Positions 46,273 through 56,169 of a DNA stretch of 64,000 nucleotides are shown one piece after another; position 1 is the first letter of the stretch, and every line of letters begins with the position of its first letter. The position numbers and the translations under genes are program-made. This DNA comes from Clostridia bacterium. GTDB lineage: Bacteria; Bacillota; Clostridia; UMGS1883. Below the pieces are notes generated by a model, which did not search any database, had not been told where the DNA came from, and saw nothing but the letters and a program-made list of their open reading frames with translations. The stretch is taken from contig JAZUOX010000061.1 of the NCBI GenBank assembly GCA_045604905.1, positions 1,987-65,986 of the forward strand. Reading direction: 5' to 3'.

Positions 46273-47325
46273 TTACTCATCAAAGCCCATACCCCTAAGG
46301 TCTGCAACTACATTGAACTTTTCTGCATCATACATCTTCCAGATAACCTGAAGGCTCTTCATTGCAGTTCTGCCGTCAGTATCGGGTGTCTTATCATTTA
46401 AGATACAGTCAACAAAGTGTCTGATTTCAAACTGTGTCATTTTACCAACTGCAGTGTCATCCTTCCAGATTACTTTGTAACCTGTTCCTTCTTCTGCCCC
46501 GACATTATGTGCGTGATTCTGATTGTAGAGCTGAATTTCACCGTTGGGACGGTCATAACGAAGAAGACCCTTTTCACACATAATCTGGCAATCCCAACCC
46601 ATACGTGTACCGACTGCATTCCAGGTTGCACCGTGGTAACCGAGAGCACCGCTTTCGAACTTGAAGCTTGCAACACTTGTGCTTTCACGAAGAAGGAGGT
46701 TATCGCCAACCTTTGAGCCGAAGTGTGTACCTGCAACGGGTTTACCCAGGAACCAGAGGAGAACATCTACATAGTGGCAACCGTGGCTGAAGAACTGACC
46801 GCCACCAAGTCTTGCTGTGTTACCCCAGCCTGTTTCATCAAGACCTTTTGTAAGCTGTTCTGTCCAGATAGACATCTGTATAACCTTACCGTATTCACCG
46901 CTGTCAACCAATTCCTTAAGTTTAACCATACCGGGCCAGTGACGAACGGGATATGCACACATAAGCTTAACATTTTCTTCTTCACATATTTCGATAAGAC
47001 GAAGGCACTCTTCCTCTGTATTACAAAGAGGCTTTTCCATGAGAACGTGCTTACCGTTTCTTGCAAAGAACACACCACATTCATAGTGCAAATCGTGAGG
47101 AAGTGCAACTAAAACTGCATCAACATAATTAGTCATTGTCTTCCAGTCTGTTGTTATGTAGGGATTTTCAATACCCCCTTCAAGTGCAGCCGCAAGGTTC
47201 TCTGCATTTTCACGGATAATATCGCAAAATGCAGTAACCTCTACATTTTCAACGTGCTGAATGCCTGCAATATGGCTTGCCATCATTTTACCGCAACCGA
47301 TTATACCAAATCTTATTTTTTTCAT
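46273..47325 (-). CDS. Gfo/Idh/MocA-family oxidoreductase
   Basis: The N-terminal Rossmann motif reads FGIIGCGKMMASH. The family motif ...EKP... is present. The protein is 350 aa. Confidence 0.88.
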   Translation of the reverse strand: MKKIRFGIIGCGKMMASHIAGIQHVENVEVTAFCDIIRENAENLAAALEGGIENPYITTDWKTMTNYVDAVLVALPHDLHYECGVFFARNGKHVLMEKPLCNTEEECLRLIEICEEENVKLMCAYPVRHWPGMVKLKELVDSGEYGKVIQMSIWTEQLTKGLDETGWGNTARLGGGQFFSHGCHYVDVLLWFLGKPVAGTHFGSKVGDNLLLRESTSVASFKFESGALGYHGATWNAVGTRMGWDCQIMCEKGLLRYDRPNGEIQLYNQNHAHNVGAEEGTGYKVIWKDDTAVGKMTQFEIRHFVDCILNDKTPDTDGRTAMKSLQVIWKMYDAEKFNVVADLRGMGFDE

Positions 47326-47454
47326 TTTTTTGACTTCCTTTCTTTACATCTTGCTATCGGTGATGTATACTTTACTTGTATTATAACAGTTGTGTTTTGT
47401 TTTTCCATACACAAAAAGACAATAAATTTACAAATTCTGTTCGGAGTGTAAGTG

Positions 47455-48327
47455 ATGGGTATTCGTGCAAAAACCTACATAAACGACCTTGTATCGGTGG
47501 ATTCCATTGTTACAGTTTATTATCTCAGAATGACAGGCGGCGGCACAAGCGGTGACTCCCATGACTTTTGGGAGTTTCAGTATGTTGATAAGGGAGCTTA
47601 CAACATTATGGTTGACGGCAAACGCTTTGACCTTTCGGAAGGGCAGTTTATTCTGTTCCCTCCCAATGCGCACCACTATGGCACCGGTGAAAAGTATAAT
47701 GCACAGATTGGTATCGTCAGCTTCGAATCCTCCTCCCCTGCACTTTTTGAAAATCATTCCAAAGTAATTACACTTTCAAAAGCAGAAAAGGAACTTCTTT
47801 CACAAATAATTACGGTCGGTGTGGATATATTTATCCCTGCTTCTCCGGAATCGGGGCTTGTGGGACTTGTTCCACATAAAGATACTCCTCCGGCAGAGCT
47901 TGCGAAATTAAAGCACAGGCTTGAAATGTTTCTGACAGAAATCTGCATAAACAGTGAATATAACAAGGGAGCAGCACTTGGGACTAACAAGTCAAACTAT
48001 GTAAAAACACAGTTTGAGGAAATTGAAAACTTTCTGAAAAGTAACCTCGACAAAAATCTTACCCTTGCGGATATATGCCGTGAATTTTCAATCAGCACAT
48101 CAAAAATAAAACTGCTTTTTAAAGAGGAATGCGACTTAAGCCCTATCGCCTATTTCACCTTCTTGAAAATCAAAAAGGCAAAACAACTTATCCGTGAATC
48201 AAGTCTTAACTTTACACAGATATCAGAGTCCCTGGGTTTTACTTATGTACATTATTTTTCAAAGGTATTTAAAGAAAAAACAGGAATGACACCATCTGAA
48301 TACGCTAAATCGATTTTTAAAAAATAA
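47455..48327 (+). CDS. AraC-family transcriptional regulator (cupin-type sensor domain plus HTH)
   Basis: The C-terminal HTH reads ...LADICREFSISTSKIKLLFK...ISESLGFTYVHYFSKVFKEKTGMTPSEY. It is transcribed divergently from the oxidoreductase gene. Confidence 0.88.
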   Translation: MGIRAKTYINDLVSVDSIVTVYYLRMTGGGTSGDSHDFWEFQYVDKGAYNIMVDGKRFDLSEGQFILFPPNAHHYGTGEKYNAQIGIVSFESSSPALFENHSKVITLSKAEKELLSQIITVGVDIFIPASPESGLVGLVPHKDTPPAELAKLKHRLEMFLTEICINSEYNKGAALGTNKSNYVKTQFEEIENFLKSNLDKNLTLADICREFSISTSKIKLLFKEECDLSPIAYFTFLKIKKAKQLIRESSLNFTQISESLGFTYVHYFSKVFKEKTGMTPSEYAKSIFKK

Positions 48328-48357
48328 ATGCAGAAATTTTCTGCATTTATTTTTTTA
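48326..48357 (+). terminator. Intrinsic terminator after the AraC gene
   Basis: AAATGCAGAAA-t-TTTCTGCATTT followed by ATTTTTTT. Confidence 0.75.
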
Positions 48358-48410
48358 TTTAACCGCTATTTAACTTTAATGCTCTATGATATATCCTAGG
48401 AGGTGCATAG

Positions 48411-49160
48411 ATGGCAATAGAAGTATTTAACAGATATGAACACAAATATCTGCTTGACAAAGAAACCTTTGAAAAAGTAATAAAATCGCTGGATGAACAT
48501 ATGGATATGGACTCTCACAACAAAAACCATATTCCCTACACTATAGCTAATATATACTTTGATACTCCGGATGATTTCCTTATAAGAACATCTTTGTCAA
48601 GACCTGCTTACAAAGAAAAATTGCGACTTCGTTCATACGGCGTGCCTGATAGAGATTCGACGGTATTTCTTGAGATAAAAAAGAAATTCAAAGGCATTGT
48701 AAACAAACGTAGAACCCAGTTAACCCTTGACGAGGCTTATAAATTCATTTCGTCGGGAAAAGCTCCCGAGCCAAAAGAATTTATGAACACACAAGTGCTA
48801 CACGAGCTTGAATATTTTATGAAAATATATGATTTGTTTCCAAAGCTCTACTTGGCATACGACAGAATTGCATATTTTGAAAAAAGCAATAAAGATTTAA
48901 GAATTTCTTTTGATATGAATATACGGTCAAGAAGATATGATTTAGCACTGGAAAAGGGTGACTACGGAGAAAAGCTGCTTCCTGACAATGTCTATCTTAT
49001 GGAAATCAAAACTGCTCTTGCAAAGCCTCTGTGGCTCACGCATATGCTGACAGGGCTTGATATAAAGCGCAGAAGTTTTTCCAAATACGGTACGGAATTC
49101 AAAAATTTTGTAAACCAGACAAAATGTAAAGGAGTAGTTTTAAATGAACAGTTTATTTAA
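48411..49160 (+). CDS. VTC-domain (polyphosphate polymerase / CYTH-like tunnel) protein
   Basis: The N-terminus ...FNRYEHKYLL... and ...IANIYFDTPD...RSYG...FLEIKKK fit the VTC-domain pattern. Confidence 0.8.
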   Translation: MAIEVFNRYEHKYLLDKETFEKVIKSLDEHMDMDSHNKNHIPYTIANIYFDTPDDFLIRTSLSRPAYKEKLRLRSYGVPDRDSTVFLEIKKKFKGIVNKRRTQLTLDEAYKFISSGKAPEPKEFMNTQVLHELEYFMKIYDLFPKLYLAYDRIAYFEKSNKDLRISFDMNIRSRRYDLALEKGDYGEKLLPDNVYLMEIKTALAKPLWLTHMLTGLDIKRRSFSKYGTEFKNFVNQTKCKGVVLNEQFI

Positions 49161-49830
49161 TGACATACTGTCAAATGTGTCCGGTAACCTGACAGTTTCA
49201 GGTGCAGTTATCACGATGCTTATCGCAATCCTTTTTGGTGGAATTATCGGATTTACTTATTACAAAACTCAGGAAGAAAATTATCAGCGAAGTATGGCTA
49301 TTACACTTCTGATGCTCCCAGTTATACTGTCCGTAATAATTCTGTTTGTAGGCAGCAACATTGCAAGAGCATTCAGTTTAGCAGGTACTCTTTCCATTAT
49401 CCGTTTCAGAAGTGCACCCGGCGACCCGAAAGACATCGGATTTATATTTTTTGATATTGCTGCAGGTCTGGCCTGCGGTGTGGGATTCTACGGTTACGGC
49501 GCTCTTTTTGTGGTAATACTTTGCACAGTTATGATACTCGCAGAAAAATTCAAGTTCTTTGAAAAGAAAGATGCACGGAAAACGCTGAAAATCACTATTC
49601 CCGAAAATCTTAATTATCAAGGTGCATTTGATGAGATTTTAAAGAAGTATACTAAAAAATATATACTTAATCAGATAAAAACGACCGATTTAGGTTCGCT
49701 GTTTGAGCTTAATTACAGTGTTATTATGGATAAGGATAAAAACGAACAGGAATTCATAAATGAGCTAAGGTGCAGAAACGGAAACCTTAACATAGTTCTC
49801 ACGGTTTCTGCACCAATAAAAATAAAATAG
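49144..49830 (+). CDS. DUF4956-family membrane protein
   Basis: It has three or four TM segments and the motif ...LSIIRFRSAPGDPKDIGFIF... It overlaps the VTC gene by 17 nt. Confidence 0.75.
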   Translation: MNSLFNDILSNVSGNLTVSGAVITMLIAILFGGIIGFTYYKTQEENYQRSMAITLLMLPVILSVIILFVGSNIARAFSLAGTLSIIRFRSAPGDPKDIGFIFFDIAAGLACGVGFYGYGALFVVILCTVMILAEKFKFFEKKDARKTLKITIPENLNYQGAFDEILKKYTKKYILNQIKTTDLGSLFELNYSVIMDKDKNEQEFINELRCRNGNLNIVLTVSAPIKIK

Positions 49831-49843
49831 GAGGTAAAACGTA

Positions 49844-52054
49844 ATGAAAAAGCTATTAACTGTTATATTAAGTCTGTGTATTTTTTCAACAATGCTTTCA
49901 GGATTGACAGTATTTGCAGAAAAAGAAGTTACGGTAGAGCTTGACGGCACAAAAATTGATTTTGATGTTAAACCACAGATTATTGACGGGAGAACGATGG
50001 TCCCCCTGAGAAAAATATTTGAAGAAATCGGTGCATCTGTAAAATGGGACAACGACACACGAACCGTATCTGCACGCAAGAACTCAAAGACAATTTCTCT
50101 TGCCATAGATTCAGCTGACCTGCTTATTGACAAAGGCAAAACCGATAATGCAGGAAACCCCGTTACAGAAACGGTAACCCTTGACGTTCCCGCTCAAATT
50201 GTATCGGGCAGAACCCTAGTCCCTGCCCGTGCAATTTCCGAAAGCTTTGAATATAATGTGGACTGGGATGAAAATAATCAGAAAGTAGTTATTACCGACA
50301 ATGAAACAGAAGATGATACCTGGAAAGAAAATGTCGGCTCAATTAACCTTACCTCCCTCTTCTATGAGGGCGAAGGCGTTGAAATTGAAGGAAATCAGAT
50401 TAAACTCACGCAAGGCGGGGATTTCACTTTAACAGGCTGCCTTACAGACGGAAACATTACAATTTCAGCTAATGAAAAGGTCAAACTCCGCTTAAACGGA
50501 ACTGAAATCACATCAAGTGAAGGTCCATGTATTTTTGTTGAAAAAGCAGATAAAGCATATATTACCGTTTCCGCTGATAGTGAAAATGTACTTGTTGCTA
50601 AAAATAGCGCAGACGGCGCAATTTATTCAAAAGAAAACCTTGAAATCAAAGGTAACGGCAGTCTTAAGATAGAGTCTTTATCAGGTCACGGAATCAAAGC
50701 GTCTGACAATTTAACCATTGAAAACAGCTTAATTGATATAAATGCAACATCCGACGGCATCCACATAAACGATACTTTCAAGATGACAGGCGGAACAGTT
50801 GACATCACCGCTATCGGTGATGGTATTGATTGCGAATCCATTATTAATATTTCAGGCGGTAAAATCAATATAGAAACAAACGGAGTTCCCATTACTCCTG
50901 TACAGCCTGAAGCCACTTTGCAGGAAGCTCCCCACAGAGGAATGCAATCAGAAACTGCAGATGTCGAATTTGAAAAGTCAACCAAAGGAATCAATGCTGA
51001 ATGGATGCTTGTAATATCAGGCGGAGAAATCTATGTAAACTCCGCTTCTCACGGGGTTCACTGTCAGGATGAAATACAGATTGACGGTGGCAATCTGTCA
51101 TTAAGTTCAAAATACGACAAGGGTATTTCTGCCCACGGCAACCTTACAATAAACGGAGAATCTACGGTTATTGATGTGACTGAATCTACAGAAGGTATTG
51201 AAAGTAAAAATGTTATGACAATAAATGACGGCACCATTAAAGTATTATCTACAGATGATGCAATAAATGCAACCGGCGGTAACAGTGGTGAAATGATGCC
51301 CGGTGGTGGCTTTGGCAAAGGTGACCGTATACCTCCTGAAGGATTTGAAAACGGTCAGATGCCACAAAACGGTGAAACAGCTCCTATTTCCGGCACACGC
51401 CCCCAAAAAGGAAACGGCAGGTTTCACGGCACAGTTCCTCCCGAAATGCCTGAAAACGGTGAATTTGCTCCCCAAAAAGGACAGATGCCTCCTTTTGAAG
51501 AAGGGATGATTCCTGACAGAAACTTTGGCGGTATGGGCAAAAACATGAAAGAATGTCTTATTATTAACGGTGGAACTCTTGAGCTTTGTGGCAATGATGA
51601 CTGCATTGATGCAAATGGAAATATTGCCATTAACGGCGGTACCATAAAAGCTATTAACCCCACAGGTACTTTCTATGGAAATTTTGGTGTTATTGATTCA
51701 GACGGACAGTTGAATATAAGTGATAACGCAAATCTTATCCTTGCATCACAGAGTGGTAATGAGCGCAGTTTAAATCTCACACAAAACACAATTACAATTT
51801 ACTGCGAAAAAAGTCATACAAAAGAGGATAAAATCACGGTTACAGACAATCAGGGCAGTATTGTGTACGAGTACATTCCAAGCGGAAGCTATAAGGCTGT
51901 TTTAATAGCATCAAATGCTATTAAAACAGGTAAAAAATACACTATCACAATAGGCAGCGAAACCTTTGAAACAGAAATTACCGCACAGAGCACCATTATA
52001 GGAACGGCTCCCACGGGTGGAAGAGGTTTTGGCAGAATTCCAACTATGCAATAA
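49844..52054 (+). CDS. Secreted protein with copper-amine-oxidase-N-like stalk domains plus a Cthe_2159/DUF4353-type beta-helix carbohydrate-binding domain
   Basis: There is a signal peptide. Two ...DG.T.VP.R.I.E..G..V.WD... repeats are followed by repetitive beta-helix rungs (..I.I.GG.I.I....DGI...). A P/G/M-rich insert reads GGFGKGDRIPPEGFENGQMPQNGE... Confidence 0.75.
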   Translation: MKKLLTVILSLCIFSTMLSGLTVFAEKEVTVELDGTKIDFDVKPQIIDGRTMVPLRKIFEEIGASVKWDNDTRTVSARKNSKTISLAIDSADLLIDKGKTDNAGNPVTETVTLDVPAQIVSGRTLVPARAISESFEYNVDWDENNQKVVITDNETEDDTWKENVGSINLTSLFYEGEGVEIEGNQIKLTQGGDFTLTGCLTDGNITISANEKVKLRLNGTEITSSEGPCIFVEKADKAYITVSADSENVLVAKNSADGAIYSKENLEIKGNGSLKIESLSGHGIKASDNLTIENSLIDINATSDGIHINDTFKMTGGTVDITAIGDGIDCESIINISGGKINIETNGVPITPVQPEATLQEAPHRGMQSETADVEFEKSTKGINAEWMLVISGGEIYVNSASHGVHCQDEIQIDGGNLSLSSKYDKGISAHGNLTINGESTVIDVTESTEGIESKNVMTINDGTIKVLSTDDAINATGGNSGEMMPGGGFGKGDRIPPEGFENGQMPQNGETAPISGTRPQKGNGRFHGTVPPEMPENGEFAPQKGQMPPFEEGMIPDRNFGGMGKNMKECLIINGGTLELCGNDDCIDANGNIAINGGTIKAINPTGTFYGNFGVIDSDGQLNISDNANLILASQSGNERSLNLTQNTITIYCEKSHTKEDKITVTDNQGSIVYEYIPSGSYKAVLIASNAIKTGKKYTITIGSETFETEITAQSTIIGTAPTGGRGFGRIPTMQ

Positions 52055-52060
52055 TATACA

Positions 52061-52088
52061 GGAGGGATGTAAATTTTACATTCCCTCC
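52061..52088 (+). terminator. Intrinsic terminator after the Cthe_2159-like gene
   Basis: GGAGGGATGTAAA-ttt-TACATTCCCTCC (with one bulged T) followed by GTTTACTTTTTTT. Confidence 0.7.
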
Positions 52089-52138
52089 GTTTACTTTTTT
52101 TCAAAAATGTTGTATTATTTACTTGAAGGGGTGATTTC

Positions 52139-52810
52139 ATGCGACTTCTTATCGCTGAAGACGAAAAGCATCTTAACAAAACAATTTCAGAGCGCCTTAC
52201 AAAAATTGGTTACAGCATTGACAACTGTTTTGACGGTGAGGACGCGCTGTACTATATAGAAAACACACATTATGACGGAATAATACTTGATGTTATGATG
52301 CCTAAACTAAACGGATTTGAAGTATTAAAAACTATACGGCAGAAAAAAATTCTGACCCCTGTGTTAATGCTTACGGCAAAGGATTCAGATGAGGATATTA
52401 TAGAGGGACTTGATCTTGGTGCAAATGACTATCTGACAAAGCCGTTTTCCTTTGAAGTTCTTTGTGCAAGAATCCGCGCAATGCTGAGGGTTAAAGGGAA
52501 TATCACTGGCAGTATGCTTGAAATTGCAGACCTTACTGTTGATACAACAAAACGCATTGTTAAAAGGCAGAATAACGTTATCGAGCTTTCTTCAAAGGAA
52601 TACTCAATTTTGGAATATCTTATGCGTAACAAGGAAATTGTCGTTTCAAAAGAACAGATTGAGGAAAATATCAGCAACTATGACTATGAAGGTTCAAGCG
52701 ATATTATAAAGGTGTATATACATCACCTTAGGAAGAAAATTGATGAAGGGTATGAAACCAAACTTCTTCATACAATAAAAAATGCCGGATATGTAGTAAA
52801 GGTAGATTGA
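52139..52810 (+). CDS. OmpR/PhoB-family response regulator
   Basis: The receiver domain reads MRLLIAEDE...DGIILDVMMPK...LTAK. A winged-helix output domain follows. Confidence 0.93.
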   Translation: MRLLIAEDEKHLNKTISERLTKIGYSIDNCFDGEDALYYIENTHYDGIILDVMMPKLNGFEVLKTIRQKKILTPVLMLTAKDSDEDIIEGLDLGANDYLTKPFSFEVLCARIRAMLRVKGNITGSMLEIADLTVDTTKRIVKRQNNVIELSSKEYSILEYLMRNKEIVVSKEQIEENISNYDYEGSSDIIKVYIHHLRKKIDEGYETKLLHTIKNAGYVVKVD

Positions 52811-54171
52811 AAATGAAAAAGGTAACTTCTATAAAGAAAAGAATAACCATATGGTATACATCACTGATGTTTGTTATTATTACGATAGTTCTGCTTTTAG
52901 TAGGCACTCTTTCCTATCAGTTTTCCATTAACAGAATAGAAAAAGATGTTGTTTTGCAGGTTAGCCAGGTTTCTGAAAGATTTCCTTTCAGGCATAAAGA
53001 TGTTTTCCACTCGGTTGACAGTAACAGACACTTTAAAAATGTGTCGATTCACGATTTTGACGGCAACCACATTAAAGGGCAATATATTTACGATGTGGAA
53101 AGTATACCATTCCGCGACGGTCCGCCAAGGCGCGAAACTGTTGACGGCAAGGACTATATCGTATATGATGTCCGTAAGCCTGCACCTCCCGAAATAGGTG
53201 GAGGCTTTTGGATAAGAGGCTGCGAATCGGTAAATTCAACAGTTCTTCTCGGCCGCTCTGCATTTACTGTAATACTTATAATCATACCCCTGATACTTCT
53301 GCTGACCGCTATCGGTGGTTATCTTATCACTAAAAAGGCATTTTCTCCAATTAATAACATCATTCGCACAGCAAACAAAATATGCGCTGAAAAGGATATC
53401 CGTCAGCGTATAGAAATTAATCCTGCGGTGAAAAAGGACGAGCTTTACGATTTATCCGTAACTCTGAACACCATGCTTGATAAAATTGAGGGATTGATTA
53501 TGCAGGAAAAACAGTTTTCCTCAGACGCTTCTCATGAACTGAGAACGCCCATCAGTGTTATATTGGCACAGGGAGAATATCTTCTTGATATTGCGGACAC
53601 AGAAAAAGAAAAAGAACTTGCTCAGAATATTGTAGATAAGGCAAATCAGGTTTCAAAGCTTATATCTGAACTTTTGCTTCTTGCAAGAATTGACCAGAGC
53701 AGGCAGAAACTGAACACAGAAAAAATAGATTTAAGTGTACTTGTTGACATAGCCTCAGAAAATCTGACAAATATGGCAAAAGACAAAAACATTGACATCA
53801 TTACCAATGTTGAAGAAAACATTATTTTGTATGCAGACGAAACACTTCTTTTAAGTGCAATTACAAACCTTGTCACAAATGCAATAAAATATAGTGAAGA
53901 AAATAAGTCCGTCGTAATCAGTGCTTATAAATCAGGTAATAACACAAAAATAACCATTCGTGATGAAGGAATTGGAATTTCTCCCGAAAAGCTTGACAAA
54001 ATATGGGAACGTTTCTACCGTGTAGACGATGTCAGAAATGACGAATACGGCTCAAGCGGTCTCGGACTGGCTATGGTAAAAAGCATAGTAGAGCTTCACG
54101 GCGGAGAAGTTTGTGTCAGAAGCGAAGTCGGAAGAGGAACGGAATTTGCAATTACACTAAAAACTAACTAA
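52807..54171 (+). CDS. Sensor histidine kinase (2 TM, HAMP, HisKA, HATPase)
   Basis: The H-box reads SDASHELRTPIS. N, G1 and G2 boxes are present (...NAIKYS..., ...DEGIGI..., ...GSSGLGLA...). The start is either the TTG at 52807 or the ATG at 52813. Confidence 0.92.
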   Translation: MKMKKVTSIKKRITIWYTSLMFVIITIVLLLVGTLSYQFSINRIEKDVVLQVSQVSERFPFRHKDVFHSVDSNRHFKNVSIHDFDGNHIKGQYIYDVESIPFRDGPPRRETVDGKDYIVYDVRKPAPPEIGGGFWIRGCESVNSTVLLGRSAFTVILIIIPLILLLTAIGGYLITKKAFSPINNIIRTANKICAEKDIRQRIEINPAVKKDELYDLSVTLNTMLDKIEGLIMQEKQFSSDASHELRTPISVILAQGEYLLDIADTEKEKELAQNIVDKANQVSKLISELLLLARIDQSRQKLNTEKIDLSVLVDIASENLTNMAKDKNIDIITNVEENIILYADETLLLSAITNLVTNAIKYSEENKSVVISAYKSGNNTKITIRDEGIGISPEKLDKIWERFYRVDDVRNDEYGSSGLGLAMVKSIVELHGGEVCVRSEVGRGTEFAITLKTN

Positions 54172-54174
54172 CAT

Positions 54175-54208
54175 AAAAACACTGCAAAAGTATTTTTGCA
54201 GTGTTTTT
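54175..54208. terminator. Bidirectional intrinsic terminator
   Basis: AAAAACACTGCAAAA-gta-TTTTTGCAGTGTTTTTT lies between convergent genes. Confidence 0.85.
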
Positions 54209-54211
54209 TCT

Positions 54212-55039
54212 TTACAAATACTTTCCTTTTTCTAAATCATAAATAACTTGTGCTATGGCATGTTCTTCGTTGCTTACAGTTATAAAATCTGCCGCCGCCA
54301 ACGCTTCGGGGCAAGCGTTAGAAACTGCTATACCTGCCTTTGCAACTTTAAACATTGAAATATCGTTATTATAGTCACCGATTGCTACGGTTCTATTTAT
54401 ATCAATATCCAAACACTCACAAAGCTTTTGCAGAGCTGTGCCCTTACTCATTCCTTTTGGTAAAATCTCATACAAATTCTTTTCAGAACGGATAAAATCA
54501 AATTTCTCTGCTAAAGGATGCCTTGCAAGATAGTCCGCTACTTTCAAAATATCGTCAGTACTTTCACTTGTAAACAGAATCTTTGATATAGGCTCTTTAA
54601 CCTCTTTATAGTGACAGACAAGATTCGGAAGCCCCGTTACTTTTCTGAAATGCTCCATAGCACTGTTGTCTTTGTAAAAATAGGTTTTTTCAAAAGTGCA
54701 TGTCTGTATACCCATATCCTGAAATTCCTTATCTACGCACTCAACAAGCTCCATCACTTCTTCCGGCATAATGCATTTCCATAGATATTTTTTCTTTACA
54801 AAGTCATACACTCCGCCACCGTTGGCACAACCAAACGGAGCGTTTATCTTTGCTTGCTGAGTAAGATTAAGTACATAGTATGGCATTCTTCCGGTAACAA
54901 AGGTAAAAAGTCCGCCCTGCTTTTTAAAATACTCTATTGCTTCTATATTTTCGGCAGATATAGTTTTATCTTTTCTAAGTAAAGTTCCGTCAAGGTCTGT
55001 ACAAAGAAGCACTCCTTCAAATTTTTTCATATCATTCAC
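54212..55039 (-). CDS. Cof-type HAD-IIB family hydrolase
   Basis: HAD motif I reads LLCTDLDGTLL. The motif ...GDYNNDISM... is also present. Confidence 0.88.
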   Translation of the reverse strand: MNDMKKFEGVLLCTDLDGTLLRKDKTISAENIEAIEYFKKQGGLFTFVTGRMPYYVLNLTQQAKINAPFGCANGGGVYDFVKKKYLWKCIMPEEVMELVECVDKEFQDMGIQTCTFEKTYFYKDNSAMEHFRKVTGLPNLVCHYKEVKEPISKILFTSESTDDILKVADYLARHPLAEKFDFIRSEKNLYEILPKGMSKGTALQKLCECLDIDINRTVAIGDYNNDISMFKVAKAGIAVSNACPEALAAADFITVSNEEHAIAQVIYDLEKGKYL

Positions 55040-55506
55040 CTTTTGTTATTGTTTGCTTTTTCAATATATTTTAAAAGTCCCTTGCATCCTGCAAGAATAT
55101 CTTTGTATGTTCTGCCAAAATCTCCTGTATACCAAGGGTCTGCCACATCCTCGTAAGAGGCAGCAAACTCAAGTAATTTAAATATTTTTTTATCAGGGTC
55201 ATTCTCTACAATCCGCAATGTATTGCGCACATTGGCACTATCCATGCACACCAGATAATCATATTTTGCATAGTCGGATTTTTCTAAACATATTGCGCGC
55301 TTTCCTGAATATGATATACCCAGTCCATCTAAGATTTTTGCCGTTCCCCGATGCACGGGATTGCCTATTTCTTCAAAGCTGGTGGCAGCAGATGCAACAT
55401 AGAAATCACCACTTTTTCCTGATTTTTCTATAATATCCTTGAAAACAAATTCAGCCATCGGACTGCGGCATATATTACCATGGCATATAAATAAAATTTT
55501 TATCAT
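55036..55506 (-). CDS. Low-molecular-weight protein-tyrosine phosphatase
   Basis: The CX5R(S) active site reads FICHGNICRSP. A DP loop (...DVADPWY) is present. Confidence 0.92.
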   Translation of the reverse strand: MIKILFICHGNICRSPMAEFVFKDIIEKSGKSGDFYVASAATSFEEIGNPVHRGTAKILDGLGISYSGKRAICLEKSDYAKYDYLVCMDSANVRNTLRIVENDPDKKIFKLLEFAASYEDVADPWYTGDFGRTYKDILAGCKGLLKYIEKANNNKR

Positions 55507-55656
55507 AATATAACTCCATTAACGCATTTTCATAAACTCGCGAGAATACCGGACTTTCTCGCTCCGATAGTATATGTAAATATCAAAATCGGCAAACTAT
55601 TCTTTTAAATTGTATGGACTTGACACAAGTAAACTTTGATTTAGTCATGTTCTGTG

Positions 55657-56169
55657 TTATTTTCCGGTTTGATTTATCATTTCTTCATAATGTTGAATAA
55701 TAAAATCCCTTTGAGCAGGAAGTTTTTCTTTTGTTGCTCCAGCCTGACGAAGCTCTTCTTCTTCATACTGCATAATAAAATCGATTGATTTAATCAATCC
55801 ATCCAATGCCTTCTTCACCGCTTGTCCGTCGTCTGAATTATTTGCAACATCCTTGTTAATATCGATACATGATAAATGATATTTTATCATATTTATTTGT
55901 TCTTCGGAAAGTTTTCGATTATTATCCTTTTCTTTGATGACATCCAATATAACAGAAACCAAAAATACAATAAACACAATTCCGGCAATTGTTAGTAGCC
56001 ATTTGAGTCCTATGATAAAATACAAAACTGCTAAAACAACTAATCCCAAAAGCCCAAAGACGAAACAACCGCTATCCTGAATTTCTTGTTCTGACATTTG
56101 ATTAGTAGTTTCCGCCTGCTTCACTCTTATTATTTTATCTTTTTCAAGTTCCTTATTGTATGCTTTCAT
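55657..56169 (-). CDS. Hypothetical 2-TM membrane protein (170 aa)
   Basis: Two adjacent TM helices (CFVFGLLGLVVLAVLYFIIGL / LLTIAGIVFIVFLVSVILDVI) are followed by a charged helical C-terminal region. I recognise no family. The region is AT-rich. Confidence 0.6.
   Translation of the reverse strand: MKAYNKELEKDKIIRVKQAETTNQMSEQEIQDSGCFVFGLLGLVVLAVLYFIIGLKWLLTIAGIVFIVFLVSVILDVIKEKDNNRKLSEEQINMIKYHLSCIDINKDVANNSDDGQAVKKALDGLIKSIDFIMQYEEEELRQAGATKEKLPAQRDFIIQHYEEMINQTGK

Noticed and set aside
52061-52088. The terminator hairpin contains GGGAATGTAAAA on the minus strand, which resembles the element left end GGGAATGTTAAAAA.
   Set aside because: Only about 12 nt match, the orientation relative to the upstream gene is opposite, and there is no second-end match. 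It may be chance or a distant relic, and is not enough to call.
55540-55562. The hairpin GCGAGAA-taccggact-TTCTCGC downstream of the AT-rich operon, as a possible terminator.
   Set aside because: It has only a 7-bp stem and a 9-nt loop. On the minus strand it is followed by GAGTTTATG rather than a U-tract. I therefore left it out of the feature list.
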